Of a stretch of DNA of 64,000 nt, positions 10,041 to 20,775 are shown one piece after another. The notes beneath the pieces were generated by a model. The model was not told where the DNA came from and did not search any database. It saw only the letters and a list, made by a program, of their open reading frames with translations. Both the position numbers and the translations under genes were made by a program. Source of the DNA: an uncultured Alphaproteobacteria bacterium (lineage in GTDB: Bacteria > Pseudomonadota > Alphaproteobacteria > Caulobacterales > Caulobacteraceae); NCBI GenBank assembly GCA_903822175.1, contig CAIJOB010000011.1, forward strand, positions 36,815-100,814, in the 5' to 3' direction. Numbering within the stretch: the first letter of the stretch is position 1; each line of letters begins with the position of its first letter.

Positions 10041-10631
10041 TCAGGCGTCCACGGCGCGCTTGACGCCGGCGATGTCTAAGAAGTTGGCCAACAGGTCGTA
10101 GCCGCATTCCGTGGCGATGGATTCCGGATGGAACTGCACGCCATGCACCGGCCGGGTCCGATGCTGCACACCCATGATCTCGCCGTCTTCGGTCCAGGCG
10201 GTGACTTCCAGGTCGGCCGGCAGCACGTCCTTCTCGACTGACAGGCTGTGATAGCGCGTCGCCGTGAAGGGGTTCTTCAGGCCAGCGAACACGCCCTTAC
10301 CCTCGTGATGGATCAGGCTGGTTTTGCCGTGCATCAGCGCCTTGGCGTGCACCACCTCGCCGCCATAGGCCTGGCCGATCGCCTGGTGGCCGAGACACAC
10401 GCCGAAGATCGGCAGGTCGGCCGGCGCGGCCTCCAGCAGCGCCAGGCAGATGCCGGCGTCGTTCGGCGTCTTCGGTCCCGGCGACAGCAGCACGCCTTGC
10501 GGCTTCATCCCCAGCGCCTCGCGCACGGTGATCGCGTCGTTGCGCACGACATGCGTCTCCGCCCCCAACTCGTTCAGGTAATGGACGAGGTTGTAGGTGA
10601 AGCTGTCGTAGTTATCGATCACCAGGATCAT
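10041..10631 (-). CDS. trpG: anthranilate synthase component II (TrpG/PabA glutamine amidotransferase)
   Basis: 196 aa with the class I GATase triad context (GVCLGHQ, HPES). Confidence 0.93.
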   Translation of the reverse strand: MILVIDNYDSFTYNLVHYLNELGAETHVVRNDAITVREALGMKPQGVLLSPGPKTPNDAGICLALLEAAPADLPIFGVCLGHQAIGQAYGGEVVHAKALMHGKTSLIHHEGKGVFAGLKNPFTATRYHSLSVEKDVLPADLEVTAWTEDGEIMGVQHRTRPVHGVQFHPESIATECGYDLLANFLDIAGVKRAVDA

Positions 10632-10711
10632 GGCCGCCTATCTAGGCTGTGGCGCGGTCAGCGCCAAGCTCGGCGATTGGCGAGGCGTGCGACTCCGGCG
10701 ATCCTCCCGCC

Positions 10712-10915
10712 ATGACCACCGCGTCATCCGCCCTCGACCCCGAAGCCATGGCCCGCGCGAAGACCTTGCTGCTCAAGTCGGAGAAGCGTGAGCGGATGTG
10801 GCCCGCGCTGGGCGCCGCGGGTCTGTTGGCCGTCGCCGCGCTGACCTTCGCCACTGCCATGATTATGGCCCCGCCGCTGCACACCGAGCACACCACCAAG
10901 GGCGCCGCCGAGTAG
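10712..10915 (+). CDS. small single-pass membrane protein (67 aa), function unknown
   Basis: ORF 10649..10915. Strong third-position GC bias in this frame only. Likely start is ATG 10712 (MTTASSALDPEAM...). One TM helix (WPALGAAGLLAVAALTFATAMIMA). Confidence 0.5.
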   Translation: MTTASSALDPEAMARAKTLLLKSEKRERMWPALGAAGLLAVAALTFATAMIMAPPLHTEHTTKGAAE

Positions 10916-10920
10916 GGGGC

Positions 10921-12453
10921 CTAGACGAACCGCCAGCTTTCCTCGGCCGCGCTGCGCAGGGCGCGGGCCTTTTGCAGGGTCTCTTCGTATTCGGCGTTGG
11001 GATCGCTATCGGCGACCACGCCGCCGCCCGCCTGGACGTACATCACCCCGTCCTTGAAGAGCGCGGTCCGCAGAACGATGCAGGTGTCCACCGACCCGTC
11101 GCAGCCGAAATAGCCCGCCGCGCCCGCATAGCCGACCCCGCGCTTTTCGATCTCCAGCTCGTCGATGATCTCCATGGCCCGCACCTTGGGGGCGCCGGAG
11201 AGTGTGCCGGCGGGCAGGGCGGCCATCACCACGTCCACCGGATCGAGGCCGTCGGGCGCATCGCCCTCGACGTTGGAGACCAGGTGCATCACGTGGCTGT
11301 AGCGTTCGACGAAGAAGCTGGCGGTCACCCGCACGCGCGGTGACTTCGGAGTTTGCGGCGGGGCGTTGGCCCCACGCTCCTTCAGCATCGCGACGCGGCC
11401 CACGTCGTTGCGGCCGAGGTCCAGCAGCATCAGGTGCTCAGCGCGCTCCTTGGGATCGGCGATCAGCTCGGCCTCCAGCGCGGCGTCCTCGGCGGGCGTC
11501 GCGCCGCGCCGCCGGGTGCCGGCGATCGGGCGGATGGTGATCTTGCCGTCACGCAGCCGGACCAGAATCTCCGGCGATGAACCGGCCAGCTGGAAGTCGC
11601 CGAAGTTCAGATAGAACAGGAAGGGCGAGGGATTGGTGCGCCGCAGCGACCGGTAGAGCGCGAATGGATCGCGGTGGAAGGGGCTGCGGAACCGGTGGCT
11701 CGGCACCACCTGGAAGACATCGCCGGCGCGGACGTAGTCCTTCGCCTGCTCGACGATCTCGCAATAGCGCTCGCGGCTGACCGGCGAGGTGAAGGCGTCG
11801 GGCTCGGGCACGCCATCGCCCTTCAGCGGCGGTGCGGGCTTCTTCAGGTCGGCCTTGATCGCGGCGATGCGCGCCTGGGCCGCGGCATAGGCGTCTTGGG
11901 CTGAGCTCGCATCGGGCCGGACCGGCGTCACCAGGATGATCTCCTGGGCGATGGCGTCGAAGATCGCCACGATCGAGGGACGGGTCATCACCCCGTCCGG
12001 CAGGTCCAGCGGGTCGGGGTTGATGTCCGGCAGCCGCTCCACCAGCCGGATCATGTCGTAGCCCATGGCCCCGAAGACGCCAGCCGACGGCGGCGGCAGG
12101 TGTTCCGGCCGCTCGATCCGCGAGGCGGCGACCAGGTCGCGCAGGCTGTCCAACGCCCCACCAGCCTGCGGCGTGAAGCGGACCGCCGCGATGTCCGCGC
12201 CCTCCGCCACTTCGGCCTGATCGCCCCGGCAGCGCCAGACGAGGTCGGGGTTGAGCGTGATGATCGAATAGCGCGCGCGGAAGGCGCCGCCTTCGACGCT
12301 CTCGAACAGGAAGGCGTAGGGCCGCCCGTGGCCGATCTTCAGATAGGCGGAGACCGGGGTCTCCAGATCGTCGATCAGCCGCGTCCAGACAAGCTGCGGA
12401 CGGCCCGCCCGGTATGCCTGCTCGAAAGCTGGATACGCAGGCTCGACCGTCAT
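10921..12453 (-). CDS. trpE: anthranilate synthase component I
   Basis: 510 aa with the chorismate-binding C-terminal domain (GAFRARYS, LSGAPKVRAMEII, GGGVVADSDP). Confidence 0.96.
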   Translation of the reverse strand: MTVEPAYPAFEQAYRAGRPQLVWTRLIDDLETPVSAYLKIGHGRPYAFLFESVEGGAFRARYSIITLNPDLVWRCRGDQAEVAEGADIAAVRFTPQAGGALDSLRDLVAASRIERPEHLPPPSAGVFGAMGYDMIRLVERLPDINPDPLDLPDGVMTRPSIVAIFDAIAQEIILVTPVRPDASSAQDAYAAAQARIAAIKADLKKPAPPLKGDGVPEPDAFTSPVSRERYCEIVEQAKDYVRAGDVFQVVPSHRFRSPFHRDPFALYRSLRRTNPSPFLFYLNFGDFQLAGSSPEILVRLRDGKITIRPIAGTRRRGATPAEDAALEAELIADPKERAEHLMLLDLGRNDVGRVAMLKERGANAPPQTPKSPRVRVTASFFVERYSHVMHLVSNVEGDAPDGLDPVDVVMAALPAGTLSGAPKVRAMEIIDELEIEKRGVGYAGAAGYFGCDGSVDTCIVLRTALFKDGVMYVQAGGGVVADSDPNAEYEETLQKARALRSAAEESWRFV

Positions 12454-14408
12454 TTGGCCAGCGGCGCCTTGCCGGGCTTGCCAGGCGCGGCCTTGCCGCC
12501 CGCCGCCGCGGCCTTGGGGTCGATCGGCTCCAGGCCGATGGCCTCGCGGGCGCGATTGGAGTCGATGGTCACCTTGATCTTCTGGCGGGCGTAGACGTGG
12601 GCGCTTTCGCCGACCTCGCGCAGGTATCCTTGGCTCATCTGCGGACGCAGCTGCTCGACCATCTGGGCCAGCTGGGCCGGATCGCCGCTGTGTACGGCCT
12701 CCAGCTTGCCGACCGTATATCCCTTGGCGTCCGAGGCGGTGAACACATCGCCGGGTCGCGAGGTGAAAAGCTTGCCCAGCAGGTCCTGGCCGAGCGCCTG
12801 GTTCTGGCTGGCGTTGCGGCGGTCGATGCCGGGAATCTCGGACACGCTGGAGCCGGCGGACGCGGCCACGGCGGCGAGGGTCTCGCCCTTCTTGATCCGC
12901 GCCACATAGCCGTCGGCCTTGGCCTGCAGGGTCTTGGCCAGCTGCTGCTGGGTCCAGGCCTTGGTCAGCATCGGCTTGATCTCTTCCAGCGGCGGCATGG
13001 CCGGCGGGGTGACCTTCTCGACGCGCACGGCGAAGAACTCGCCGTTTCCGGCGTCCTCGACCTCGCTCTCGCCGCCCGCCGGCAGCGACCAGGCGGTCTC
13101 CATCAGCTTCTGGGTCAGGCCTTGCACCGGCTGGCCGGTCAGGTCGCGGCCGCCCTGGGTCACCGGGCCAATGGCCGTGGTCGCCACGCCGGCCTTGGTC
13201 GCGGCGGCGGCCAGCGTCGCGCCGCCCTGATGGGCGTCGTCATAGGCCTGGGTCAGGGCATAGACCTTCTCCGACGCCTGGTCCTTGCGGATCTCGGCCT
13301 CGATAGCCGGACGCACCTCCTCGAGGGTGACAGAACGGCCGGCCGTCACGGACATCACCTTCACCACGGCCGCGCCAAGGTCACCCTTCACGGTCGCGAT
13401 CTGGCCCGCGGGCGTCGCGAAGGCGGCCGCGGCCACCTTCTTGTCCGGGATCGCCGACTGCGGCTTGTTGGCATAGGTGATCGCCTCGACGCCGGCGGCC
13501 TTGGCCACGGCGTCAGCATCCGCGCCCTTGGCGAGTCCCTGAGCGATCTGGGTGGCGGCGGCCGGAGTCTTGGCCGGGATCTGGATAACGGTGCGGGTCT
13601 CGGGGCTCGACAGCGTGTCCTTGCGGAAGTCGAAGCGCTTCTGCACCTCTTTCGGGTCGATCGGCGCGTTGGCCGCGACCTGGCTCGGCGAGAACTTCAC
13701 GACGGTGAGCGTACGGAACTCGGGACGGGTCAGCTGGGCGGCGTTTTCCTTCATCAGCTCGGTGAGCTGGGCGTCGGTCGGGGCGGGCGGTTGCGGGACG
13801 CTGGCCGGCGCGATGCTGAAATAGCCGAGGTCTCGGCTTTCCACGGTGTAGATCGCGCCCATGGCGGCATAGGCGCGCGGCACCTTGAGGCCGGTGATCA
13901 GGCCGGTCGCCGCCTGCTGCTCGCTGAGCTGATCGCGCATCTGGCCCTCGAAGACCGCGGCGGTCAGATTGTTGTCGGCTAGGCGCTTCAGATAGTTGTT
14001 GCGGTCGAAACGACCCGAGACCTGGTCGAAGAAGGCCGGGATCTTCTGGATCTCGCCGGCGATCAGCTTGTCGGACGGGCGGATCCCGATCTTGGTCAGG
14101 TAGGCGGCGAAGGCTTCGCTGGACGCCATGCCCTGCGCGACCCGCTGGTCGAGGCCGTTGGCCGCCGCCAGTTCCGGGGAAATCTGCTGGTGCATCTGTT
14201 GCTCCAGCCGCTGGATGTAGCTCTCGAAGGCGCGCTTGTACTCGGCCGGGCCGATGCTGCGCGCGCCGGCGGTGATCACCGAGTTGCTGATCTTCGGATG
14301 CAGCAGGTCGCGGTTGCCGATACCGAACACCACGAAACTGATGATCAGCAGGACGAAAAGGCCCCTGGCGGCCCAAGATTGCGCAAAGACGCGGATAGAA
14401 GAGAGCAT
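12450..14408 (-). CDS. PpiD/SurA-N-domain type periplasmic folding chaperone (peptidyl-prolyl isomerase family) with an N-terminal membrane anchor
   Basis: ORF 12450..14528. Start set at ATG 14408 (MLSSIRVFAQSWAARGLFVLLIISFVVFGIG). Overall PpiD-like architecture. Its stop overlaps the trpE start (ATGA). Confidence 0.75.
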   Translation of the reverse strand: MLSSIRVFAQSWAARGLFVLLIISFVVFGIGNRDLLHPKISNSVITAGARSIGPAEYKRAFESYIQRLEQQMHQQISPELAAANGLDQRVAQGMASSEAFAAYLTKIGIRPSDKLIAGEIQKIPAFFDQVSGRFDRNNYLKRLADNNLTAAVFEGQMRDQLSEQQAATGLITGLKVPRAYAAMGAIYTVESRDLGYFSIAPASVPQPPAPTDAQLTELMKENAAQLTRPEFRTLTVVKFSPSQVAANAPIDPKEVQKRFDFRKDTLSSPETRTVIQIPAKTPAAATQIAQGLAKGADADAVAKAAGVEAITYANKPQSAIPDKKVAAAAFATPAGQIATVKGDLGAAVVKVMSVTAGRSVTLEEVRPAIEAEIRKDQASEKVYALTQAYDDAHQGGATLAAAATKAGVATTAIGPVTQGGRDLTGQPVQGLTQKLMETAWSLPAGGESEVEDAGNGEFFAVRVEKVTPPAMPPLEEIKPMLTKAWTQQQLAKTLQAKADGYVARIKKGETLAAVAASAGSSVSEIPGIDRRNASQNQALGQDLLGKLFTSRPGDVFTASDAKGYTVGKLEAVHSGDPAQLAQMVEQLRPQMSQGYLREVGESAHVYARQKIKVTIDSNRAREAIGLEPIDPKAAAAGGKAAPGKPGKAPLAK

Positions 14409-14564
14409 TGAATCCCTTTCAGGGGGCCGAAGCAGGCGCAGGCGTGCGCGCCGGTATAGTGGAGGCCACTCCCGCCCGGCAAGCGCGTGACACGCAGGCC
14501 AGCTTGGCTTAACCGCCGCCAGAGACATTTCCGCGCCATTTTGGGCGACCGACAGTGAGGCCAG

Positions 14565-15308
14565 ATGACCGCTCCGACGCCGCTGATCGCCGGAAACTGG
14601 AAGATGAATGGCCTCGCCGACGCCTTGGGCGAGGCGCGCCGCGTCGCCGCGGGCCTGAGCGGGACCGCCGCCCGTGTGGCGATCTGTCCGTCAGCGACCT
14701 TGATCCAGCGCATGAGCGCAGCCCTCGCAGGCTCTGCGGTCATGGTCGGCGGCCAGGACTGCCGGGCCGAGATTTCAGGTGCCTACACCGGCGATGTCTC
14801 CGCCGAGATGCTGGCCGATGCGGGCGCGAACCTGGTGATCCTCGGCCACTCAGAACGGCGCGCCGGCTATGGCGAGGCCGACGAGTTGGTCGCGGCCAAG
14901 GTAGTGGCAGCTCTTCGTGCCGACCTCGAACCCATCGTCTGCGTCGGCGAAACCCTGGCCCAGCGCGAAGCCGGCGAGGCGCTGAGCGTCGTGACCGGGC
15001 AGGTGAGGGGCTCGCTACCCGCAGCGCTGGCCGGCAAGGCCTTCTCGGTCGCCTACGAACCGGTCTGGGCCATCGGCACGGGCCTGACGCCCACTACGCC
15101 GCAGATCGAGGAAATGCACCGCGCCATCCGCGCCACGCTGAGCGAGATGTTCGGCGCGGCCGCCGACACCGCTGCGATCCTCTATGGCGGCTCGGTGAAG
15201 CCTTCCAACGCAGCCGAAATTCTCCACGCCGCCGAAGTCGGCGGCGCCCTGGTCGGCGGCGCCTCGCTGAAGGCTGAGGATTTCCTGGGGATTATCGGGG
15301 CGATTTAG
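14565..15308 (+). CDS. tpiA: triose-phosphate isomerase
   Basis: 247 aa with the motifs IAGNWKMNG, GHSERR and AYEPVWAIGTG. Confidence 0.96.
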   Translation: MTAPTPLIAGNWKMNGLADALGEARRVAAGLSGTAARVAICPSATLIQRMSAALAGSAVMVGGQDCRAEISGAYTGDVSAEMLADAGANLVILGHSERRAGYGEADELVAAKVVAALRADLEPIVCVGETLAQREAGEALSVVTGQVRGSLPAALAGKAFSVAYEPVWAIGTGLTPTTPQIEEMHRAIRATLSEMFGAAADTAAILYGGSVKPSNAAEILHAAEVGGALVGGASLKAEDFLGIIGAI

Positions 15309-15718
15309 CCGCCGGGCCCCTTCAGTTCGACCGTATTGCCTTCCGGATCCCGGACGTACAGCGAGAAGCCGTCGCCATCGGCGCCGTAGCGCGGGCCTTC
15401 CTCAACGATCGCCACGCCTTGCGCCGACAGGTGCGCGCGGATCGCCGACTCATCGAAAGGCCGAACCTGCAGAGCGAAGTGGTCGAGGTTGCGGCCTTGG
15501 ACCCCGGGACCGATGCCGCCGGTTTTGCCCAAGGGGCCATCCAGAGTCACGAAGTCGATCATCTGCGGGCCGGCGCGCACGTGCGTCAGGCCGAGTTCCG
15601 GGCGGTCGCGGTCGACGTGAAGGCCCAACACGCCTTGGTAGAACGCCAGCATGGCCGGCTTGTCGCGGATTCTCAGCACGATGTGATCGAAGCCGGCGAT
15701 CTGGATGGGATTGCTCAT
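15305..15718 (-). CDS. VOC (glyoxalase/bleomycin-resistance/dioxygenase fold) family protein
   Basis: 137 aa. FDHIVLRIRD ... HFALQV ... FSLYVRDPEGNTVEL is the typical paired beta-alpha-beta-beta-beta pattern. Confidence 0.8.
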   Translation of the reverse strand: MSNPIQIAGFDHIVLRIRDKPAMLAFYQGVLGLHVDRDRPELGLTHVRAGPQMIDFVTLDGPLGKTGGIGPGVQGRNLDHFALQVRPFDESAIRAHLSAQGVAIVEEGPRYGADGDGFSLYVRDPEGNTVELKGPGG

Positions 15719-15744
15719 GTGAGTTCAGATAGGCAGCGAAGCGC

Positions 15745-16284
15745 CTAGAGCAACAGCCCGAACAGCCGGCAATCGCGCCGCTCGCCGTCGCGCAGGACGT
15801 GGCCGCGCAGCATGCCTTCCTCGGCGAAGCCCAGCTTCTCCAGCAGGGCGTCGGAGCGGCGGTTGCCCAGGTGCGTGCGCGCCACCAGCCGGCGCAGGCC
15901 TGTCGTGGCCGCATAGGCCAGCACCGCCTGCATGGCCTCCAGGGCGTACCCCTGGCCCCAGGCGTCGCGGCCCAGCATGAAACCCACCTCGGCGCGGTGA
16001 TGACGCCGGTCGATCTCGGAGAGGTCGCAGGTCCCGATGAACTGGGTATCGGCGAGGCCGCGCATGGCCCAGTAGACCGCACGCCCCGTGGCCATCTCGT
16101 CCACCTGACCGGCGACGATGTTGGTGATGACGTCGGGATCGTCGATCTCGCCCATGTCCCAAAAGGCCATGACCTCGGAGTCGCCCATCAAAGGGAAGAT
16201 CAGGCCGGCGTCCTGCGCGGTCAGCGGCGCCAGGCGCAGCCTCGCGGTCTCAAGGATCGGCAACAGGCTGAGGTCGGCGCTCAT
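15745..16284 (-). CDS. GNAT family N-acetyltransferase (RimJ/RimL-like)
   Basis: 179 aa. WGQGYALEA and NRRSDALLEKLGF are acetyl-CoA-binding region motifs. Confidence 0.85.
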   Translation of the reverse strand: MSADLSLLPILETARLRLAPLTAQDAGLIFPLMGDSEVMAFWDMGEIDDPDVITNIVAGQVDEMATGRAVYWAMRGLADTQFIGTCDLSEIDRRHHRAEVGFMLGRDAWGQGYALEAMQAVLAYAATTGLRRLVARTHLGNRRSDALLEKLGFAEEGMLRGHVLRDGERRDCRLFGLLL

Positions 16285-16432
16285 ATGGGACGCAACGCTT
16301 GTGTGGAGACTACGACGCCCTAGCTATGGCCTTGGGGCGGGCTCGGTGATAGAGCCCGCGCTTCATTTCGGCGGACCGCCCTTCGTTTCGATGAAGGTGT
16401 GACCGACCGAACATACCGGACTAAGAAGACCC

Positions 16433-16870
16433 ATGCTGATCGGCCTCCTACTCACCCTCCAGATCATCGTCAGCGTGACGCTGGTCTGCGTCGTCCTCCT
16501 GCAACGCTCCGAAGGGGGCGGCTTTGTGGGCGGCGGCAGTTCGGCCGGCATGATGTCGGTGCGGGGCGCGGGCGACCTCCTGACCCGGACGACCTGGATC
16601 CTGGGCGGGAGCTTCTTCGTCCTCAGCCTGCTGCTGACGATTCTAGCCGGCCGCGAAAAGGGCGCGTCGTCCATCGTTGACCGCATGAAGATCGACTCGC
16701 TTGATCCGGCTCTGCTGCAGCAGCAGAAGGCCAAGCCGCCGGCCGGCACCGGCCAACCTGGCGGCCCCGGCAGCGCGCCCGCGCCGCTGCAGGCGCCGAC
16801 GCCGACGATCAACAACCCCTTCCTCGGCCAGCAGGCCCCGGCGACGCCCGCCGCACCGCCGACCAAGTAG
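16433..16870 (+). CDS. secG: preprotein translocase subunit SecG with a long Pro/Ala/Gln-rich tail
   Basis: 145 aa. The N-terminal part (two TM helices, LLQRSEGGG) is the SecG signature. It sits just upstream of pyrG, as in many bacteria. Confidence 0.9.
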   Translation: MLIGLLLTLQIIVSVTLVCVVLLQRSEGGGFVGGGSSAGMMSVRGAGDLLTRTTWILGGSFFVLSLLLTILAGREKGASSIVDRMKIDSLDPALLQQQKAKPPAGTGQPGGPGSAPAPLQAPTPTINNPFLGQQAPATPAAPPTK

Positions 16871-16941
16871 TGGCGAACAAAAAAGACGAGCCCAGCCGGC
16901 GCCGATTGCGGCCCCGGCTCCCCGAATCGCTGCTACTCTGA

Positions 16942-18588
<1,647 letters not shown>

Positions 18589-18651
18589 CCGGTTGACGCA
18601 ACGGGCCGGGGGTGAGTTCCTCGCGATCGGAGCCGAACGGGGAGGCCTCAA

Positions 18652-19095
18652 ATGATGCTCGATCTGGTCCTGGCGATCGCCCACCACATCCTGGTGTTCA
18701 GCCTCTTCGGCGTGCTGTTCGCCGAGCTGGTGCTAATCCGGAAGGGCGTTGACCTTCCAACCGTCGCGCGGGTCGGCCGGATCGACCTGATGTACGGCGT
18801 GCTGGCCGGGCTGATCATCGGCGTGGGCTTCAGCCGCGCGATCTTCGCGGCGAAGGGCTGGGCCTACTATTCCCACAATCTGTTCTTCCACCTGAAGGTG
18901 GGGACTTTCGTGCTGATCGGCCTGCTGTCGATCCCGCCGACCGTGGCCTACATCCGCTGGCGCCGCTCGGGCGCGGCGCCCAGTGACGCGCAGGTCGCCG
19001 GGGTCCGGCGCTGGCTCTGGGCGGAGATGGCGCTCTTCGCCCTGCTGCCGGCCTTTGCGGCGGCCATGGCCCGGGGCCTCGGCGAGTTCACGTGA
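18652..19095 (+). CDS. small integral membrane protein (DUF2214-like; family call tentative)
   Basis: 147 aa with four predicted helices and good GC3 bias. Confidence 0.6.
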   Translation: MMLDLVLAIAHHILVFSLFGVLFAELVLIRKGVDLPTVARVGRIDLMYGVLAGLIIGVGFSRAIFAAKGWAYYSHNLFFHLKVGTFVLIGLLSIPPTVAYIRWRRSGAAPSDAQVAGVRRWLWAEMALFALLPAFAAAMARGLGEFT

Positions 19096-19105
19096 CCGCC
19101 TCGCC

Positions 19106-19462
19106 GTGACTGGGGACGACCTGCGGCGGATCGCGCTGCGACTACCCGAATCCTACGAGGACCTGCACCGCCGCCGTCCGGCGTTCCGGGTGAACAAGAA
19201 GATCTTCGCCATGCTGGGCGTCACGGGAAACCAAAGCCTGTTCGCCTCGCTGGGCTGGGACAGTGTCGCCGTGGTCAAGCTCGACCGCGAGGACCAGCTG
19301 AATATGGCTGAGGGGAATCCAGGCGCGATTCAGCCCACCGAGACCTACGGCCACCACGGCTGGACCTATCTGCGATTGGAGGCGATCGACGAGGCGACGC
19401 TCGCCACCGTCCTGCGCCTCGCCTGGACGCATGTGGCGCCCAAGCGGCTCTCCAGACCCTAG
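19106..19462 (+). CDS. MmcQ/YjbR family protein
   Basis: ORF 18983..19462. The homologous part starts at GTG 19106 (VTGDDLRRIALRLPESYEDLHRRRPAFRVNKKIFAML), just after the preceding stop at 19095. Confidence 0.7.
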   Translation: MTGDDLRRIALRLPESYEDLHRRRPAFRVNKKIFAMLGVTGNQSLFASLGWDSVAVVKLDREDQLNMAEGNPGAIQPTETYGHHGWTYLRLEAIDEATLATVLRLAWTHVAPKRLSRP

Positions 19463-19613
19463 GCGCGCACGACGAAGATCGGGCTGCAGATCCGATTGCC
19501 CGCTAGAGTGGATCAGTCGGCCTTGATCGGCGAGGGGGTTTCATGCATAAGCCCCGGCTCACGTCGGCGACCCTGCTTCGCTGGCCTCATTTCCACGCCC
19601 GCGAGAGTTTCCG

Positions 19614-19796
19614 ATGGCTGTTCCTAAACGCAAAACTTCGCCTTCGCGGCGGAACATGCGCCGTTCGCACCACGCGCTTGGCGCCAATTCCTTCGTCGAA
19701 GACAAGGAAACCGGCGAGCTGAAGCGCCCGCACCACGTCGACCTGAAGACCGGAATGTACAAGGGCCGCCAGGTCCTGACGCCGAAGGAAGACTAG
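19614..19796 (+). CDS. rpmF: 50S ribosomal protein L32
   Basis: 60 aa, [22 protein letters not shown]. Confidence 0.97.
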   Translation: MAVPKRKTSPSRRNMRRSHHALGANSFVEDKETGELKRPHHVDLKTGMYKGRQVLTPKED

Positions 19797-19820
19797 CTCT
19801 CTCCAGAGCTTCGAGATTTG

Positions 19821-19856
19821 CGGCCCCGTCTGGCGACAGGCGGGGCCGTTTCGATT
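19821..19856 (+). terminator. rho-independent terminator of rpmF (may act bidirectionally for the convergent hydratase gene)
   Basis: 12-bp GC-rich stem (CGGCCCCGTCTG / CAGGCGGGGCCG, one G-U pair) with a 4-nt loop, followed by GTTTCGATT. Confidence 0.65.
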
Positions 19857-19861
19857 CGGCC

Positions 19862-20632
19862 CTACTGCGTCCGACCGCGGGCCTGCACAGCCGCGCGGCG
19901 GGCTTCGACCATCTCCGGCGTCACGGCGGCGTTGTGGACGACCGACCGTGCGTGCTCCAGCGCCAAGCCGTCGCCCATCGAGAGCGCGTAGCCGTCGTCG
20001 ATCATCGCCTTGTAGGTCACCAGCATGTCGGCCTCGATCGACGCCATCTCGTGCGCCAGCTTCAGCGCGGCGGGCATCAGCTCGGCCGGTTCCACGACCC
20101 GGTTCACCAGGCCCCAGTCATAGGCCTGCTGGGCAGAGAGGAAGTTGCCGGTCAGCGACAGTTCTTTGGCGCGGTAGGGCCCGATCGCGCGGCTGAGCTT
20201 CTGTGACAGGCCCCAGCCGGGCGTGATCCCGACCCGCGCATGGGTGTCGGCGAACCGCGCGTTGGTCGAACAGATCAGCACGTCGCAGGCCAGAGCGACC
20301 TCGAAGCCGCCGGTGATCGCCACGCCATTGATCGCACCCACGATCGGCTTGGAACAGGCCAGCACGGCGCGCGCCGGGTTCTCCGCCGGATCGGTCGCGT
20401 TGGCCGCGCCCATGCCCAGCGGGTCGGTGGAGAGTTCCTTGAGGTCCAGACCCGCCGTGAACGCCCGCTCGCCCGCGCCGGTCAGCACCACGACTTTTAC
20501 GCCGGGATCGGCGTCGAGCTCGGTGAGCGCCTCACGCAGCGCCGCGCGCAGGGCTTTCGAGAGCGCGTTCATCGCCTCCGGACGATTAAAGGTGACGATA
20601 GCGATGGCGTCCTGGCGTTCGACGGTGAGCAT
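19862..20632 (-). CDS. enoyl-CoA hydratase/isomerase (crotonase) family protein
   Basis: ORF 19862..20659. Start set at ATG 20632 (MLTVERQDAIAIVTFNRPEAMNAL). Oxyanion-hole pattern GAGERAFTAGLDL. Confidence 0.88.
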   Translation of the reverse strand: MLTVERQDAIAIVTFNRPEAMNALSKALRAALREALTELDADPGVKVVVLTGAGERAFTAGLDLKELSTDPLGMGAANATDPAENPARAVLACSKPIVGAINGVAITGGFEVALACDVLICSTNARFADTHARVGITPGWGLSQKLSRAIGPYRAKELSLTGNFLSAQQAYDWGLVNRVVEPAELMPAALKLAHEMASIEADMLVTYKAMIDDGYALSMGDGLALEHARSVVHNAAVTPEMVEARRAAVQARGRTQ

Positions 20633-20775
20633 TCGGATTCTCCAGATTGCTCCTCGCATGGCGGCGCCCGCTGGCCCGTGTCAACGCTCTCTGACCGCGT
20701 CGCCCATCCTTGAGATGTATTGCGCATAGATACAATTTTCGGTCGAAATGACGCGGCCATGGGGAGGGACGGAGA

